From: Octopus bimaculoides
Lineage: Eukaryota
DNA length: 49,607 nt
Reading direction: 5' to 3'
Assembly (NCBI RefSeq): GCF_001194135.2
Contig: NC_068986.1
Location: 64,698,712-64,748,318, forward strand
Made by a program: the position numbers and the translations under genes. Of this stretch, positions 22,394-34,238 are shown one piece after another. Position 1 is the first letter of the stretch, and each line of letters starts with the position of its first letter. The notes below the pieces were generated by a model, which saw only the letters and a list, made by a program, of their open reading frames with translations, had not been told where the DNA came from and did no database searches.

Positions 22394-25300
22394 TATTGTC
22401 TTCGAACAGGGTCTAACGCTGTTCGAAGATGTAATACGGGGCCAGCTGTTCACTACCAGTTAACTAAGGTAACACCCCTTATGTTTCAAGCACCATCTGG
22501 AGTATTCCAGTGGTTCCAAGCAGTGCTGTTTTCAGCAAGTGCTCCATCCTTATTGTAGCTCCTATTTGTTCCATTTAATTTTCAAGATTTTTACTCACTG
22601 TTCCTAAGCCTCCGACAATTATTGATACTACTACCACCTTTTTCATCGATTACAACTGCTTAACATCCCAAGCTAACCTGTCATATCTATCAACTTTTCT
22701 TTCTTCCCTATCGCATACCTTGTTGTCATCTGGGCATGCTATAACTATGATCCAGCATCGTTTGCTTTCTTTCTCAATTAACAGTATGTCTTGTTTCCTA
22801 TTCTCATAGTCGCACTGAATCATAAAATCCCATAGGATCTTTGCATAATCATTTTCGATATGCCTTCGGGTTTATGTTCGTACGACTTTTTGCTCTGTCA
22901 AGTCCATACTTGTTGCAAAGTGTCTAATAAACAATCCTTTCTATATTGTCATGACGTTTTTTATATTCTTTCTGGGCTAGTGGCGTACATTGACTGGTAA
23001 TATGCCATACGGTTTCACCATTTTGTCCACATATTCTGCACTTATCACATTCTGATGTGTAGTCTATTCTGTATTTGATGTAATTGGTTCTTAAATCACT
23101 TTCAGTCATCCATAGCCACCTTTTTTCTATGTGTGCCTTATCTTGAACATCCCTATGAAATTGTCCAGGCATTCTTTTCTTTATCGACCTATTTTCAAAT
23201 TCATTCATTCTCAAGTGCTTGTACAGTATTTTATCTTTGCAATCTTCCATCCTACACAAGCCTGACCGTCTTAATTCCAATAATAGCGGGTGGCATTTTC
23301 TACATACCATGTTATATTGTTTTCTTCTGCTCTAATGCTGTGTTTGCATCCAATCAGTCCTCTTCCCACTCTTTTTCTTGGTATATGTAACTTTTGGGGT
23401 GGAGCATCTCATATCTAGTCATCAACTTCCTTGTCTTTCTGTCTAAGCTGTTTAGTTCGTCTACTGTCCATGCGATTACCCCTGCTCCATATTCAAGAAG
23501 TGAAACCGCCCAAGTGTTGATAGCTTCAATCTTATTCCGTCCGTTTAATTTCGACTTAAGCATCAGTTTCAGTCTGCGCAAGTACTCCACCTTAAAGTTT
23601 CCTGTCTTTTCTTTCTCCATCAAATTATCCATTTCCACTGTCCCAAAGTACTTATAACTCATATTTTCTATCTGTTTCATAATCTCCCTCAACGGTATCG
23701 CTAGCCCGTCCATACATTTGATTTTGACTTTCTTCATGACTAACACACCACACTTTTTCAGTCTGAGCTCCATTCTAATATCAGTAACGTATCAACGAGG
23801 GAACTGACTTGGGATTCATCTTTATCATAAAATTTGAGGTCAACCATGAATAACAAGTGGTTGATTTTTTGTTGGCAGCTTTTGAAAACATACCCAGCCT
23901 TTGCTTTCCTCAGAATCAGTGTGAATGGTATCATTCACAGAACAAAGATCAGTCGGGATAGGCAGTCTCTTTGAAAGATGTCTCTCCTGATTTCTACTGT
24001 CCCTAAATTTCTTCCATATGCTGTCAGTTTCGTCCTCCACTCCGCCATACTTTTTCCGAGCAATCGCTCAACATTCGATGCAGTACCATATAGGTTCATA
24101 CATTCCATAATCCAATAATGTGGGATCCTGTCGTACGCCTTACGATAATTCTCTTTCATTCTCTAAATACAGTTTTGTTTGTCATGCGTTGATCCTTGGT
24201 ACCTCTGCACTTACTCTTGCAACCCTTCTGCTCATCTAGCAGGACTCCATTTTTATCCAGATGTCCGTACATTGACTCTACGATTATTCCAGTAAATAAT
24301 TTCCACATAAATGGCAAGCAAGATATCGGCCTGTAATTGTCTACCGTATTGGCTTTTTCGATGTTTTTCAAGCACAGCTCTGTCCAACACATTGTCAACC
24401 ATTATGGTGTAACTTGGTCGGAACTGAACAAGGTGTTGAATTGTGCAGCTATTCGTGCATGACATACACTAACTCTTTTGATCCAGTAACCTTTAGCTTC
24501 ATCTAATCCCGAGGCCTTCCAGTTGCTCATTTTTTTTTTTGCTGATTTCCTTCACTTCCCTAGCTGAAATGACTAGTTCTGCCTGTTTTGCACAGACTAC
24601 TGTTTGTTTCAGTTCTTGCAACCATTCAGTATCCTTCTTGTGCTCCTTGTATTTGTTCCAGATGTCATTCCAAAATCTTTGAATTTCAATGTTATCTGAT
24701 ATCAACATTTCATCTGTACACTTTCCATTTATTTCTTTGTAGAATCTCTTCTGATCTACTCTGAATAACCTATTCTGCTGGTATCCCTTCATTCTTTGGT
24801 TTTATCATACCATCTTTGCTTTCTTTGCAACGAGGCGCTGTTTCAGTTCCTCCATTACCACTTTCAGGCCCTTTCTTTCAATATCACTTCCTGTTCAGTG
24901 CCTTGTATTTTTGTTCACTTCTAAGCTCCCCCTTCTCTTTTCGAGCTAACACAGAAATGTCTTTCGAGAGCATATCTAACCCTGCCTGTATTCTTCTTTA
25001 CCACCATGGATCTTTTCTTTTGTCTCTCCCATTATATTCCTTTTTCTTGACATCAACACCCACATTTTCTGCTACAACAGTGCTTGCTGCCTTGATCAAA
25101 TTGTTTGTTTCTGTGATATATTTTGTTCTGATGTATTTCAGAATTTCAGTCACACTTTTTCCTTCTTGGTTCAATTTCCACTGATCAACCTTTTTAAGGT
25201 TGCAAATAATGTAGCTATCGTTCTCTTGTAGCCTTGCCTTTATTCTGTCATAGATTGCCTTTTACCCATCTGTCATGTCACCATTAGTTTTATTGTCTTC

Positions 25301-25770
25301 TTCCGAACCATGTATATGTCTCTCATCGAGCAAGCTATCACTGTTCCTTTCCTGTGGTTTATTAGAGATTTCACCTCTGTTTTCTGCTATGAGATTACTT
25401 TTATCAGTAGCAACTTCATTTTCATCGTTTCTTCTGCTGCTGTTTTCCAATACCCGTCTTTTGATAGCTTCGAGCTCTACTGCTGTAAACCAGCGATTTT
25501 TTCTTATTGCTCTAGCTTGATGACATAACCTCTGTTCCGTGAGTTGAAACAATCCTCTTTCTCTCCATTGATCATACATACGCTGTCAATATCCCCTAAG
25601 ATGAACACCATTTTCGTCTGCGGGGTTGCTCATGTAGTAACACTCTATGACCACAGCATTGATTTGTTTGTATCATCTACGCTGTGTGTGCTGGTTCCTT
25701 GCTGGAGAATGGCAGGCTGGAGTTGGACCAGTATTTTTGAGCCAGCCGAGTGCAACACTGTCACCATCAA
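22394..25770 (-). mobile_element. R4/Dong-clade non-LTR retrotransposon (RT + CCHC + restriction-like endonuclease), near full length, inactivated
   Basis: N-terminal MYDQWRERG..TEQRLCHQARAIRKNRW; RT motifs NYRPISCLPFMWKLFT, YRKAYDRIPH, KLNGRNKIEAINTWAV; zinc knuckle CRICGQNGETVWHITSQC..RHD; REL region ILWDFMIQCD..KQDILLIE. Confidence 0.92.
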
Positions 25771-26029
25771 GCGCTTCAGTTTCATTACCACCGTTATTCA
25801 CAATATTTTGTTTTTTATTGTCACTCATATGAGGTAGCGATTATCAGGTTGTGCAATTACCAGTGTTTTTATTGTGACACTATCACTAGATGTATCAACA
25901 ATCAGAACATAGAAATATTCCAACTGCTTCCTTTCATTATAATTATCATCACTTTTAACATCCTTTTAACGTTGTGAAATTGTCAGACTTCATAAACATT
26001 GATTTCGTTCTCCTTTTAACGTTGTGAAA

Positions 26030-26323
26030 TTGTCTGCCTTCATATTATTTTCATTTATTATTAAAAGGTATTATTAAATGTTGTTTAGTTTCAACTTTTG
26101 TCTCGTACTTAAGATAATTATAAATATGTGAGGGCTTAAGTGAATAGTAGGGCCAAGAGTGATAGCTTGGTGAATAGATTAAATTCCACAGGTCTTTAAA
26201 TAGATTCGGCAGATGGTGAAGAGATCAGCAATGAGCATTCCTGCGCGATAAGGAGACAAAAGAGGCCTCACACCTTTGATGTCAGCAGAGCGCTGACCTT
26301 GGCCTCGAAAAGAACCAATTCAC
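26030..26323 (-). other. Possible spliced (terminal) exon of an unidentified host gene
   Basis: Acceptor TTATTTTTTCTATCAG|G at 26324/26323. The phase-1 reading (two exon bases before the first full codon) is GELVLFEAKVSALLTSKV* (stop 26268-26270), with AATAAA near 26055. No homology recognised. Confidence 0.2.
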
Positions 26324-26369
26324 CTGATAGAAAAAATAATTACATATATATATATATACTAATGTCCAC

Positions 26370-27306
26370 ATAGTTGAATCTTTGAATTTCTGATTTTTTT
26401 AATTCCATGTCATACGTGTTATTTTGTAATAGTTTTCTAGCTGTAATTACCATCTTCGATACGTTGTATATATAACCTTTCTATGTCAGATTTTGGGTGG
26501 TGCATCCCAAATACAGTCATTATTATTCTTGTTTTCCTGTCTATTTTGATTAGTTCATTTAGAGTCCAGTTAAGAATATTGTAGTAGTAGCTTATAACTG
26601 GGATGGCTAAAGTATAGATACCTCTTATCTTGTTTTTCGCATTGAACTCTGTTTTCGGTATTAATCTAACTCGTCTATAGTATTCCTTTCTTATCCTCTC
26701 TTACATGTGTGTGTGTTGTATCGTATATAGTTCATTGGTTCCTAAGTATTTGTATGTCTAGCTTTGGTCCATTTGCTTTATCGAGTGTGATGTTGTTAAT
26801 CTTAACTAGTTTTCCTCTTTTCAAGGTTGCTTTGGCACATTTTTCTAAGCCAAATTTCATATTTATTTCTTTGGTCTATCCATATACTATTTGTAGTAAT
26901 TTNNNNNNNNNNTTCTTTGGTCTATCCATATACTATTTGTAGTAATTTTCCAGATCTATCATTTGTAGCATACAGTTTTAGATCATCCATATACAAGAGA
27001 TGGTTGATTGTTTTGTCGTAACAGTTGTATTCTGTTTATCATGTCAAATAAAGATGTCAGTGCCAAGCAGGAAAGGAGTGGAGAGAGCGTGTCTCCCTGG
27101 AATATTCCTCTTCTAATAGGGATGACTTTGGTCTTTATAAGTCCCTCTTTTCTCTGGAGCTGTAGCACTGCCTGCCATTTATTCATGGAATGTGTTATAT
27201 ATTTTATGATTATTGGTGCTACCTTGTTCATGGCTAGTGTTTCTAGGATCCATGTGTTAGGAATACTATCAAAAGCCTTTTGATAATCAATCCAAGTCAT
27301 ACTTAG
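26370..27306 (-). mobile_element. Second R4/Dong-clade LINE fragment (RT core), truncated at both ends
   Basis: WIDYQKAFDSIP, RRGIFQGDTLSPLL, NHLLYMDDLKLY, LILKTELNAKNK, MHHPKSDIERLY. Confidence 0.9.
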
Positions 27307-27315
27307 ACTCTTCTT

Positions 27316-27316
<1 letters not shown>

Positions 27317-27378
<62 letters not shown>
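27317..27378 (+). repeat. (CTA)n microsatellite
   Basis: Directly visible. Confidence 0.95.
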
Positions 27379-27554
27379 TTTATTTCGTGTTTTTCTTTTA
27401 CCTTCTTTTTCTCTTTTTTTCCATTTCTACCTCATCCGATTTATGTAACCCTTTCCCCACCCTATATTAAAAGTAACTCTGTTTGCAATGTTCCTTTCGT
27501 ATAGCATCCCTGAGGCAAATACTAGAACTACTCCTCCACCTCCTCTTCCCCTTG

Positions 27555-27573
27555 ATTATTATTGTTGTTGTTG

Positions 27574-27619
<46 letters not shown>

Positions 27620-27620
27620 C

Positions 27621-27680
<60 letters not shown>
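27555..27680 (+). repeat. (GTT)(ATT)n(AGT)n compound microsatellite
   Basis: Directly visible. Confidence 0.95.
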
Positions 27681-27682
<2 letters not shown>

Positions 27683-28439
27683 ATGAATATCTGGATGCAT
27701 ATGTATGCGAGCGTATGTATGTGTTTGTGCGTACAATTTGTATATGTTACTAACCTGGGTGCACATATGTGTTTGATGTTGTTGCGCTAGAAATCTGTGT
27801 CAATTGCAAGCGGATTACTGGGATGTGTGTGAAAGAAATGTCAGCGAGTACAAGTGAGGCAATGAGTACCTAAACCCCTTCCAGCTATAAAAGAATACAG
27901 TCAGAATACAGAAGATGGCGGTAATGAATGGTTTGTCTGATAGAGGCCATCTTGAAAACATGAACAGACAGATATATACTCACACACACACTTCCATACA
28001 AATACAAATACGAACAGCTACATATCCAGGAACACACTGAATTTTGAGTAAGGCTAGATTGTGTTAAAAAGATGGAGAGAAGAGGATCAATACGAACAAG
28101 ACAAGAGCACTCAGAGCGCAAACGTCTGCCAAGGCAACACCAACGTCCTCTCAACGATTAGCCAGAGATCATTTTTAAAATGAAAATATCTGAAATAAAC
28201 TCGACTGTTCTCGCAGACGAGAATACTAAAAATGAACCCGGCTACTCTTACAAATTAAGTAAAAAAAAAAAACGGAAAAAAAATCCAGAATCCTTCTCCG
28301 GTACCTGGTCGATCCTAATGGTAGTCATGGAATGTGAAGGTGGCTGTAGAAAATTTAGTAACAGTAATGAATAGTTTATCCTTATCTAATACAAGCCAAA
28401 GTTAACAAATTAACCATTCAAAATAGTTACAGTTCAAAG

Positions 28440-28692
28440 GGAGATGATAGAAAAAGACTTGAAAGTTAACGTAAAATTGTAATCATGTAAAGTTAGGTAA
28501 ATATAACAAATAATCCAGAATCCTTGTACGTTGCCGGATCGATCCCAAAATCTAATCAGTTCGTGCCAAACATCTCTGAAAGTTTCATCCGAATCCATCC
28601 AGCGGTTCTTGAGATATCTTATCCACAGACAAACAAACAAACAAACATGACCGAAAACAATACCTCTGCCTTCGCTAAGGCGGAGGTAATAA
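28440..28692 (-). mobile_element. Helentron-associated / DINE-1-like non-autonomous element
   Basis: The minus strand starts TTATTACCTCCGCC-TTAGCGAA-GGCAGAGGT (subterminal hairpin 28661-28688), then a (GTTT)n microsatellite and a core GGATGAAACTT..TAGATTTTGG. Confidence 0.55.
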
Positions 28693-29179
28693 ATGACTGG
28701 ATGGAAAAAAGGCGACACGAGGGATATGCAGTGGGATGTGAGGAATATGGAACAAAACCGAACGAAAGAAGATGGTGTGTGAATGGGAGAGGCAAACCTA
28801 AGCACATATGATGATGTTAGTGGTACTACTGCTGCTACTTATGATGATGGTGATAACGATGGAGGCAGTGTCATGGCGGTCGTGGTGGGGGTGGGGGTGG
28901 GGGGTAATAGTTGCGATGTGAGTGTTTGCGGTGGTGATAATACAGTGATGGTAATAGCGGTGGTGACTGAAGTGGTGGTGGTGGTGATGGTTTTAGTGGT
29001 GTAGATGATAATGATTTTGGTAATGATACCGGTAGTTTTGTTTTGATTCTGAGATTGGAGGCAGAAAAAGCTTTAAAATAGTTGGTAATTTTAGCGGCAA
29101 ATATATACAAAAGCTCCTCGGGAACAGTGATTTCTTTTTGTCTTGGCACACCAAAGATTTGAATAATCATGCAAACTGA

Positions 29180-29455
29180 ACGTATCTTTTACTGTTTTCA
29201 ATCTGGATTAAAGCCATGCCGGAACACCACCTTGAAGGCTTCACCCGAGCATAGCTGCCGCAGTACTTATTATTTTTAAAAGCTTGGTACTGACTCTATC
29301 GTTCTCTTTGCTGAACTGCTTGTTAAAGGGACATAAACAAACTAACACCGGTTGACAAGCGGTGTTGGGGGATAAACAAATACACAAAGACACACACACA
29401 TTTAATACACACACAATACGACGAGCTTCTTTCAGTCTCCGTTTACCAAATCTTA
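29180..29455 (-). mobile_element. Degenerate 5'-truncated SINE family A
   Basis: Homologous to 12540-12830 (GCCATGC.GGA.CACC, GTTGACAAGCG, CTTCTTTCAGT.TCCGT.TACCAAATC). Confidence 0.7.
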
Positions 29456-30059
29456 ACCCAACTGTCAATTACATTAGCATACATACATACATACATACAT
29501 ACATACATACATACATACTTCATTTAAATATATATGAGTATGTCTAGATATGCATGAGAATACATACATAACACAAAACATACAACTCTGCACACATACA
29601 TACATACATACATACATACATAAAAACAAAAATACCCTGTCGTTGATGTTGAAATTCCAATGACGGAACCTTGGATCTAGGTTAAAAACCGGCTCTTTCT
29701 CTATTGGCAAAAAAATTTGAAATAAAACTGAATAATGATATACATATGTGTATGTATCAACGTATGTGTATATATGTATATCGCGTTTATATGTGTGAGT
29801 TCTCGTACATGAGTGGTTCTCAACAGAGGTCCATATAAGATTTTGTTGCTAAAATTTATGAGCAATAAACTGGTTATATTTCTACAAGATACAAAATATT
29901 TAAACATTTTTTAATACAATTCCTAATAATGTTTAGATATAAAAATATAATGAGTGTTTTTAGATATTGAATGGCCCTAAGTGAAATAGAAATCAAAGGA
30001 GACCATAAGCAAAAGTGGTTAAGAACCACTGGTATACATATCTATTTGTGCATATGCGC

Positions 30060-30204
<145 letters not shown>

Positions 30205-30659
30205 GAGTAACGTTAATCTGCACAGTCATCATATTATACCAGAGAAAATTTAATAGGTGGCAAGATTTGTTGTAATTCATTTTTTGTATCCTTTTCTATT
30301 TTCTTTATAAATATTCCAATTCAAGTTGTTTTCCATTAGAGAAAACAAACAACATTTAATTAGTTTTCTTTTTCAAACTAAAAATTGTTTGTAAAGCCTC
30401 GTTGCATCATATTATTTTATCCGATATCAAAAAAGTTTTGATAATGCAGCAGACAGACTCTTAGATGAATAGACGAGTGGCGGTAAGAGGTAGGTGACTA
30501 GCTGGGAAGCTGGACCGAAAAATAGATATATAGTGGTAGGGGATATTGGTGGAAAAGATAAATAAATGATAGGGTGGGCACACACTCACACACATAAACG
30601 CGCGTGCGCACATACACACATACACACACCATAGAGACATACACACCCGCGCGCGCACA

Positions 30660-30803
30660 CACACATTAATATTTAACAGAAACATCAGAGTGAGTCAAGG
30701 GCCGAGAGTTTCGTGCGTGTGTACTTAGCAAAGTTTTATAAGTGCTGATGCACGAAACTCTCGGTCCTCGAGTCACTCTGTTGCTTTTGCTAAATCTTAT
30801 GTT
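30660..30803. other. Palindromic element / long hairpin with hammerhead-like cores
   Basis: A 31-bp arm starting at 30686 matches the reverse complement of 30750-30780 with 3 mismatches; weaker pairing extends inward and outward. Confidence 0.8.
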
Positions 30804-31967
30804 ATAAAAAAAAGTGGAGCTCCGTCTGTTTATCTGTCACAACATCTTTCAGTAGGAGGTAAGGAAGGGGAGAAATCAAAATATACGTCACGTGTATTTA
30901 GATGAGGGGAGGAGAAAATGTTGTGAGAGAAATGCAATGTGTGTGTGTGTGTGAGAGAGAGAAAGAGAGAGAGAGAGAAAGAGAGAGAGAGAGTGTGTGT
31001 GTGTGTGGGNNNNNNNNNNNNNNNNNNNNNNNNNNNNNNNNNNNNNNNNNNNNNNNNNNNNNNNNNNNNNNNNNNNNNNNNNNNNNNNNNNNNNNNNNNN
31101 NNNNNNNNNNNNNNNNNNNNNNNNNNNNNNNNNNNNNNNNNNNNNNNNNNNNNNNNNNNNNNNNNNNNNNNNNNNNNNNNNNNNNNNNNNNNNNNNNNNN
31201 NNNNNNNNNNNNNNNNNNNNNNNNNNNNNNNNNNNNNNNNNNNNNNNNNNNNNNNNNNNNNNNNNNNNNNNNNNNNNNNNNNNNNNNNNNNNNNNNNNNN
31301 NNNNNNNNNNNNNNNNNNNNNNNNNNNNNNNNNNNNNNNNNNNNNNNNNNNNNNNNNNNNNNNNNNNNNNNNNNNNNNNNNNNNNNNNNNNNNNNNNNNN
31401 NNNNNNNNNNNNNNNNNNNNNNNNNNNNNNNNNNNNNNNNNNNNNNNNNNNNNNNNNNNNNNNNNNNNNNNNNNNNNNNNNNNNNNNNNNNNNNNNNNNN
31501 NNNNNNNNNNNNNNNNNNNNNNNNNNNNNNNNNNNNNNNNNNNNNNNNNNNNNNNNNNNNNNNNNNNNNNNNNNNNNNNNNNNNNNNNNNNNNNNNNNNN
31601 NNNNNNNNNNNNNNNNNNNNNNNNNNNNNNNNNNNNNNNNNNNNNNNNNNNNNNNNNNNNNNNNNNNNNNNNNNNNNNNNNNNNNNNNNNNNNNNNNNNN
31701 NNNNNNNNNNNNNNNNNNNNNNNNNNNNNNNNNNNNNNNNNNNNNNNNNNNNNNACTAATGAGATTTTCACTATCTAACAGTCTACTATTTAAAGAAGGT
31801 ACGTGCATAATTAACAAATATTTTTGCCGACAGCGTAGCGTCGGATAAAGTCTTAATATTAATAAAAATATCCACATACTCATATTTTGAGTTCTATTTT
31901 CCTGTTTGCATCACCATACCTGTATACATACATACATAGACAATTCGTTAGATATTGATGCAGACAG

Positions 31968-32005
<38 letters not shown>

Positions 32006-32267
32006 GTACAGTTGTATTCTTTATTTAGAATCGAAGCGTGACATCCAGCAACAACATTTGTTATACTTTCAGTTGTACTTTTGATGCAACTTTCTTCTGC
32101 CAAATTCCAATCACACGCTATTGGTCCGCTGGAAAAGTGAAAAAGAAATTCCTGCCATAGTTGTCTCTCTATGAGATCGAACATAGACTCAAGTGGCCGT
32201 GAAGCGAACTTCGTATCCATTCACCTATGTCGGTGCTCGTAGACAGAAAGTGGATACAGAGAAGGGT

Positions 32268-32653
32268 TGTTGTTGGCACTCCGTCGCTTACGACGTCGAG
32301 GGTTCCAGTTGATCCGATCAACAGAACAGCCTGCTAGTGAAATTAACGTGCAAGTGGCTGAGCACTCCACAGAAACGTGTACCCTTAACGTAGTTCTCGG
32401 GGATATTCAGCGTGACACAGTGTGACAAGGCTGACCCTTTGGATTACAGGCACAACAGAAACAGGAAGTAAGAGTGAGAGAAAGTTGTGGTGGAAGAGTA
32501 CAACAGGGTTCGCCACCATCCCCTGCCGGAGCCTCGTGGAGCTTTAGGTGTTTTCGCTCAATAAACACTCACAACGCCCGGTCTGGGAATCGAAACCACG
32601 ATCCTTTGACCGCGAGTCCACTGCCCTAACCACTGGGCCATTGCGCCTCCACC
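32268..32653 (-). mobile_element. Intact tRNA-derived SINE (family C) with a 13-bp target-site duplication
   Basis: Head GGCGCAATGGCCCAGTGGTTAGG..GGTTTCGATTCCC, (CAA)n tail, TSD TACAGAGAAGGGT at 32255-32267 and 32654-32666. Confidence 0.93.
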
Positions 32654-32709
32654 TACAGAGAAGGGTGCATAGTCAGAAAAATTGACTGGCAGATTGTTAG
32701 AAAGATAAA

Positions 32710-32750
32710 GAGAGAGAGAGAGAGAGGGGGAGGGAGAGAGAGAGAAAGAA

Positions 32751-32842
<92 letters not shown>
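32710..32842 (+). repeat. (GA)n microsatellite
   Basis: Directly visible. Confidence 0.95.
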
Positions 32843-32844
<2 letters not shown>

Positions 32845-33319
32845 TTAGGTAGAGAGATAGGCAGATACATTGATATGTAGATATCTAGATGGTAAATGGA
32901 TGGAGGGAGAAGCTGGTTGACATATAACTGGAGAGAAATATAGTAAAACAAAAACAAAAGCAAAACAAACAGGATACATACTTTGAAAGAAATAAGAAAA
33001 AAAGACAAAGAACGAAAGTGGGAGATGTGAGGAAGGATTGACTGAGATAGTGGAGCGCAAGCAGGAAATAAAATTTTCGTGACATTTACCTCGGCCGATC
33101 CTAAGATGTACTGATATACTTTTGGCGTTGTCCCGTGATATTAGAGAAGTATGAATGTTTACATGAGCTCATTACTCTTATTACTGTTTGTTTTATATAT
33201 CTTTTGTGTATTTCCATTGCTGTAGTTGCAAAGCAAGATAACCGCTATAGTTCCAACTATACGTGTTTCCCATCATTATAACTGGTTACTAATGCATATA
33301 GGCACAGATAGTTACAAGG

Positions 33320-33447
33320 CAGGATGGTTACAGCGGCATATAGAATAACTTACGGTATTTATTCAGGCTCTCCGTGTTCTGAGTTCAAATCCCATAGAGG
33401 TCAACAAATAACTTTTCACCCGTTCGGCGTCGATAAATAAAGTACTA
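33320..33447 (+). mobile_element. Degenerate SINE family B fragment
   Basis: GTTCTGAGTTCAAATCCC..GAGGTCAAC..GTCGATAAATAAAGTAC. Confidence 0.6.
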
Positions 33448-33805
33448 GATCTTGCTTTTCTTCTTGGACAACATCAGTGACATAGAACGCAACAGTTGCA
33501 TACACAGGCAATTGCTGGTTTTGCATAAACTCTTGCCTCCGATGCTTTGGAAGAGAACTTTCTAAGTGGCGATCCACGATTCCATGAGACGTACAGTAAT
33601 TCATCCACGCACGTGCACACACACACATCTATATCTATCATGTTTATATACATGTTTATGCGTATACTTGTTTTCCTACCTGCTACTAAAATAGCATGAT
33701 AATTTTTTAGTGTGATCGTCAATTCACACATTATCATATCTAAACAAGAAAACAAAATATCTATACAAGAAATTTTATATTTTGTAGAATTAGTGGTACA
33801 TTTAT

Positions 33806-34192
33806 TATGGCTGTGTGGTTAAAGAGTTTACTTTGCAATCACGTAATTACAGGTTCGATCCCATTGTGTAACATCATGGGCTAGTGCCTTCTACTAAATG
33901 CATAGGTTCACTTAGTGAATTTGGTTGACGGAGACTGTGTAGAAGTCAGTTATAGATACACACACATACATACATGCCTACATATGCCTGAGTGTGCATA
34001 CTTATGTGTGTGTGCCTGCCTAGCTGTCTACGTTGATCCCACTTGAAAAAAACCATGTCTTTGTTGTACCTGAAGTTAGTGATTCGACAACTAGAAATAT
34101 TGAAGCCGTTATAATACTTTAAAGCCCCTCAGGACGGTGTCCCTACATGACCACAATCACTTCACTGAAACTGTGAATTAATAAAAGAATAA
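33806..34192 (+). mobile_element. Degenerate SINE family A
   Basis: ATGGCTGTGTGGTTAA A-box, GGTTCGATCCC B-box, internal (CA)n, tail ACTGAAAC..AATAAAAGAATAA. Confidence 0.7.
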
Positions 34193-34207
34193 TAGCCTAA
34201 ACTAATT

Positions 34208-34238
<31 letters not shown>

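Noticed and set aside
25960-26045. 24-bp direct repeat (TCCTTTTAACGTTGTGAAATTGTC) with ~51-bp period as a CRISPR-like array or TSD
   Set aside because: Only two copies in a eukaryotic context with no cas genes; an ordinary local duplication.
26281-26297. Iron-responsive-element-like CAGAGC loop
   Set aside because: The pairing register gives a 5-nt loop, not a CAGUGN hexaloop, and there is no correctly placed C bulge.
26867-26948. 36-bp direct repeat inside the RT fragment
   Set aside because: The identical copies flank a 10-N gap; this is a scaffolding overlap artefact.
28810-29050. Gly/Val/Asp-rich open frames
   Set aside because: Decayed (GGT/GAT) trinucleotide repeat.
31969-32220. 83-aa minus-strand ORF (MDTKFASRPLES..)
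   Set aside because: No recognisable domain, no flanking splice pair supporting this frame, and it ends in (TA)n.
33416-33628. Minus-strand ORF with HGIVDRHLESSLPK..
   Set aside because: It starts in a microsatellite, ends in a SINE, and has no recognisable motif or splice signals.
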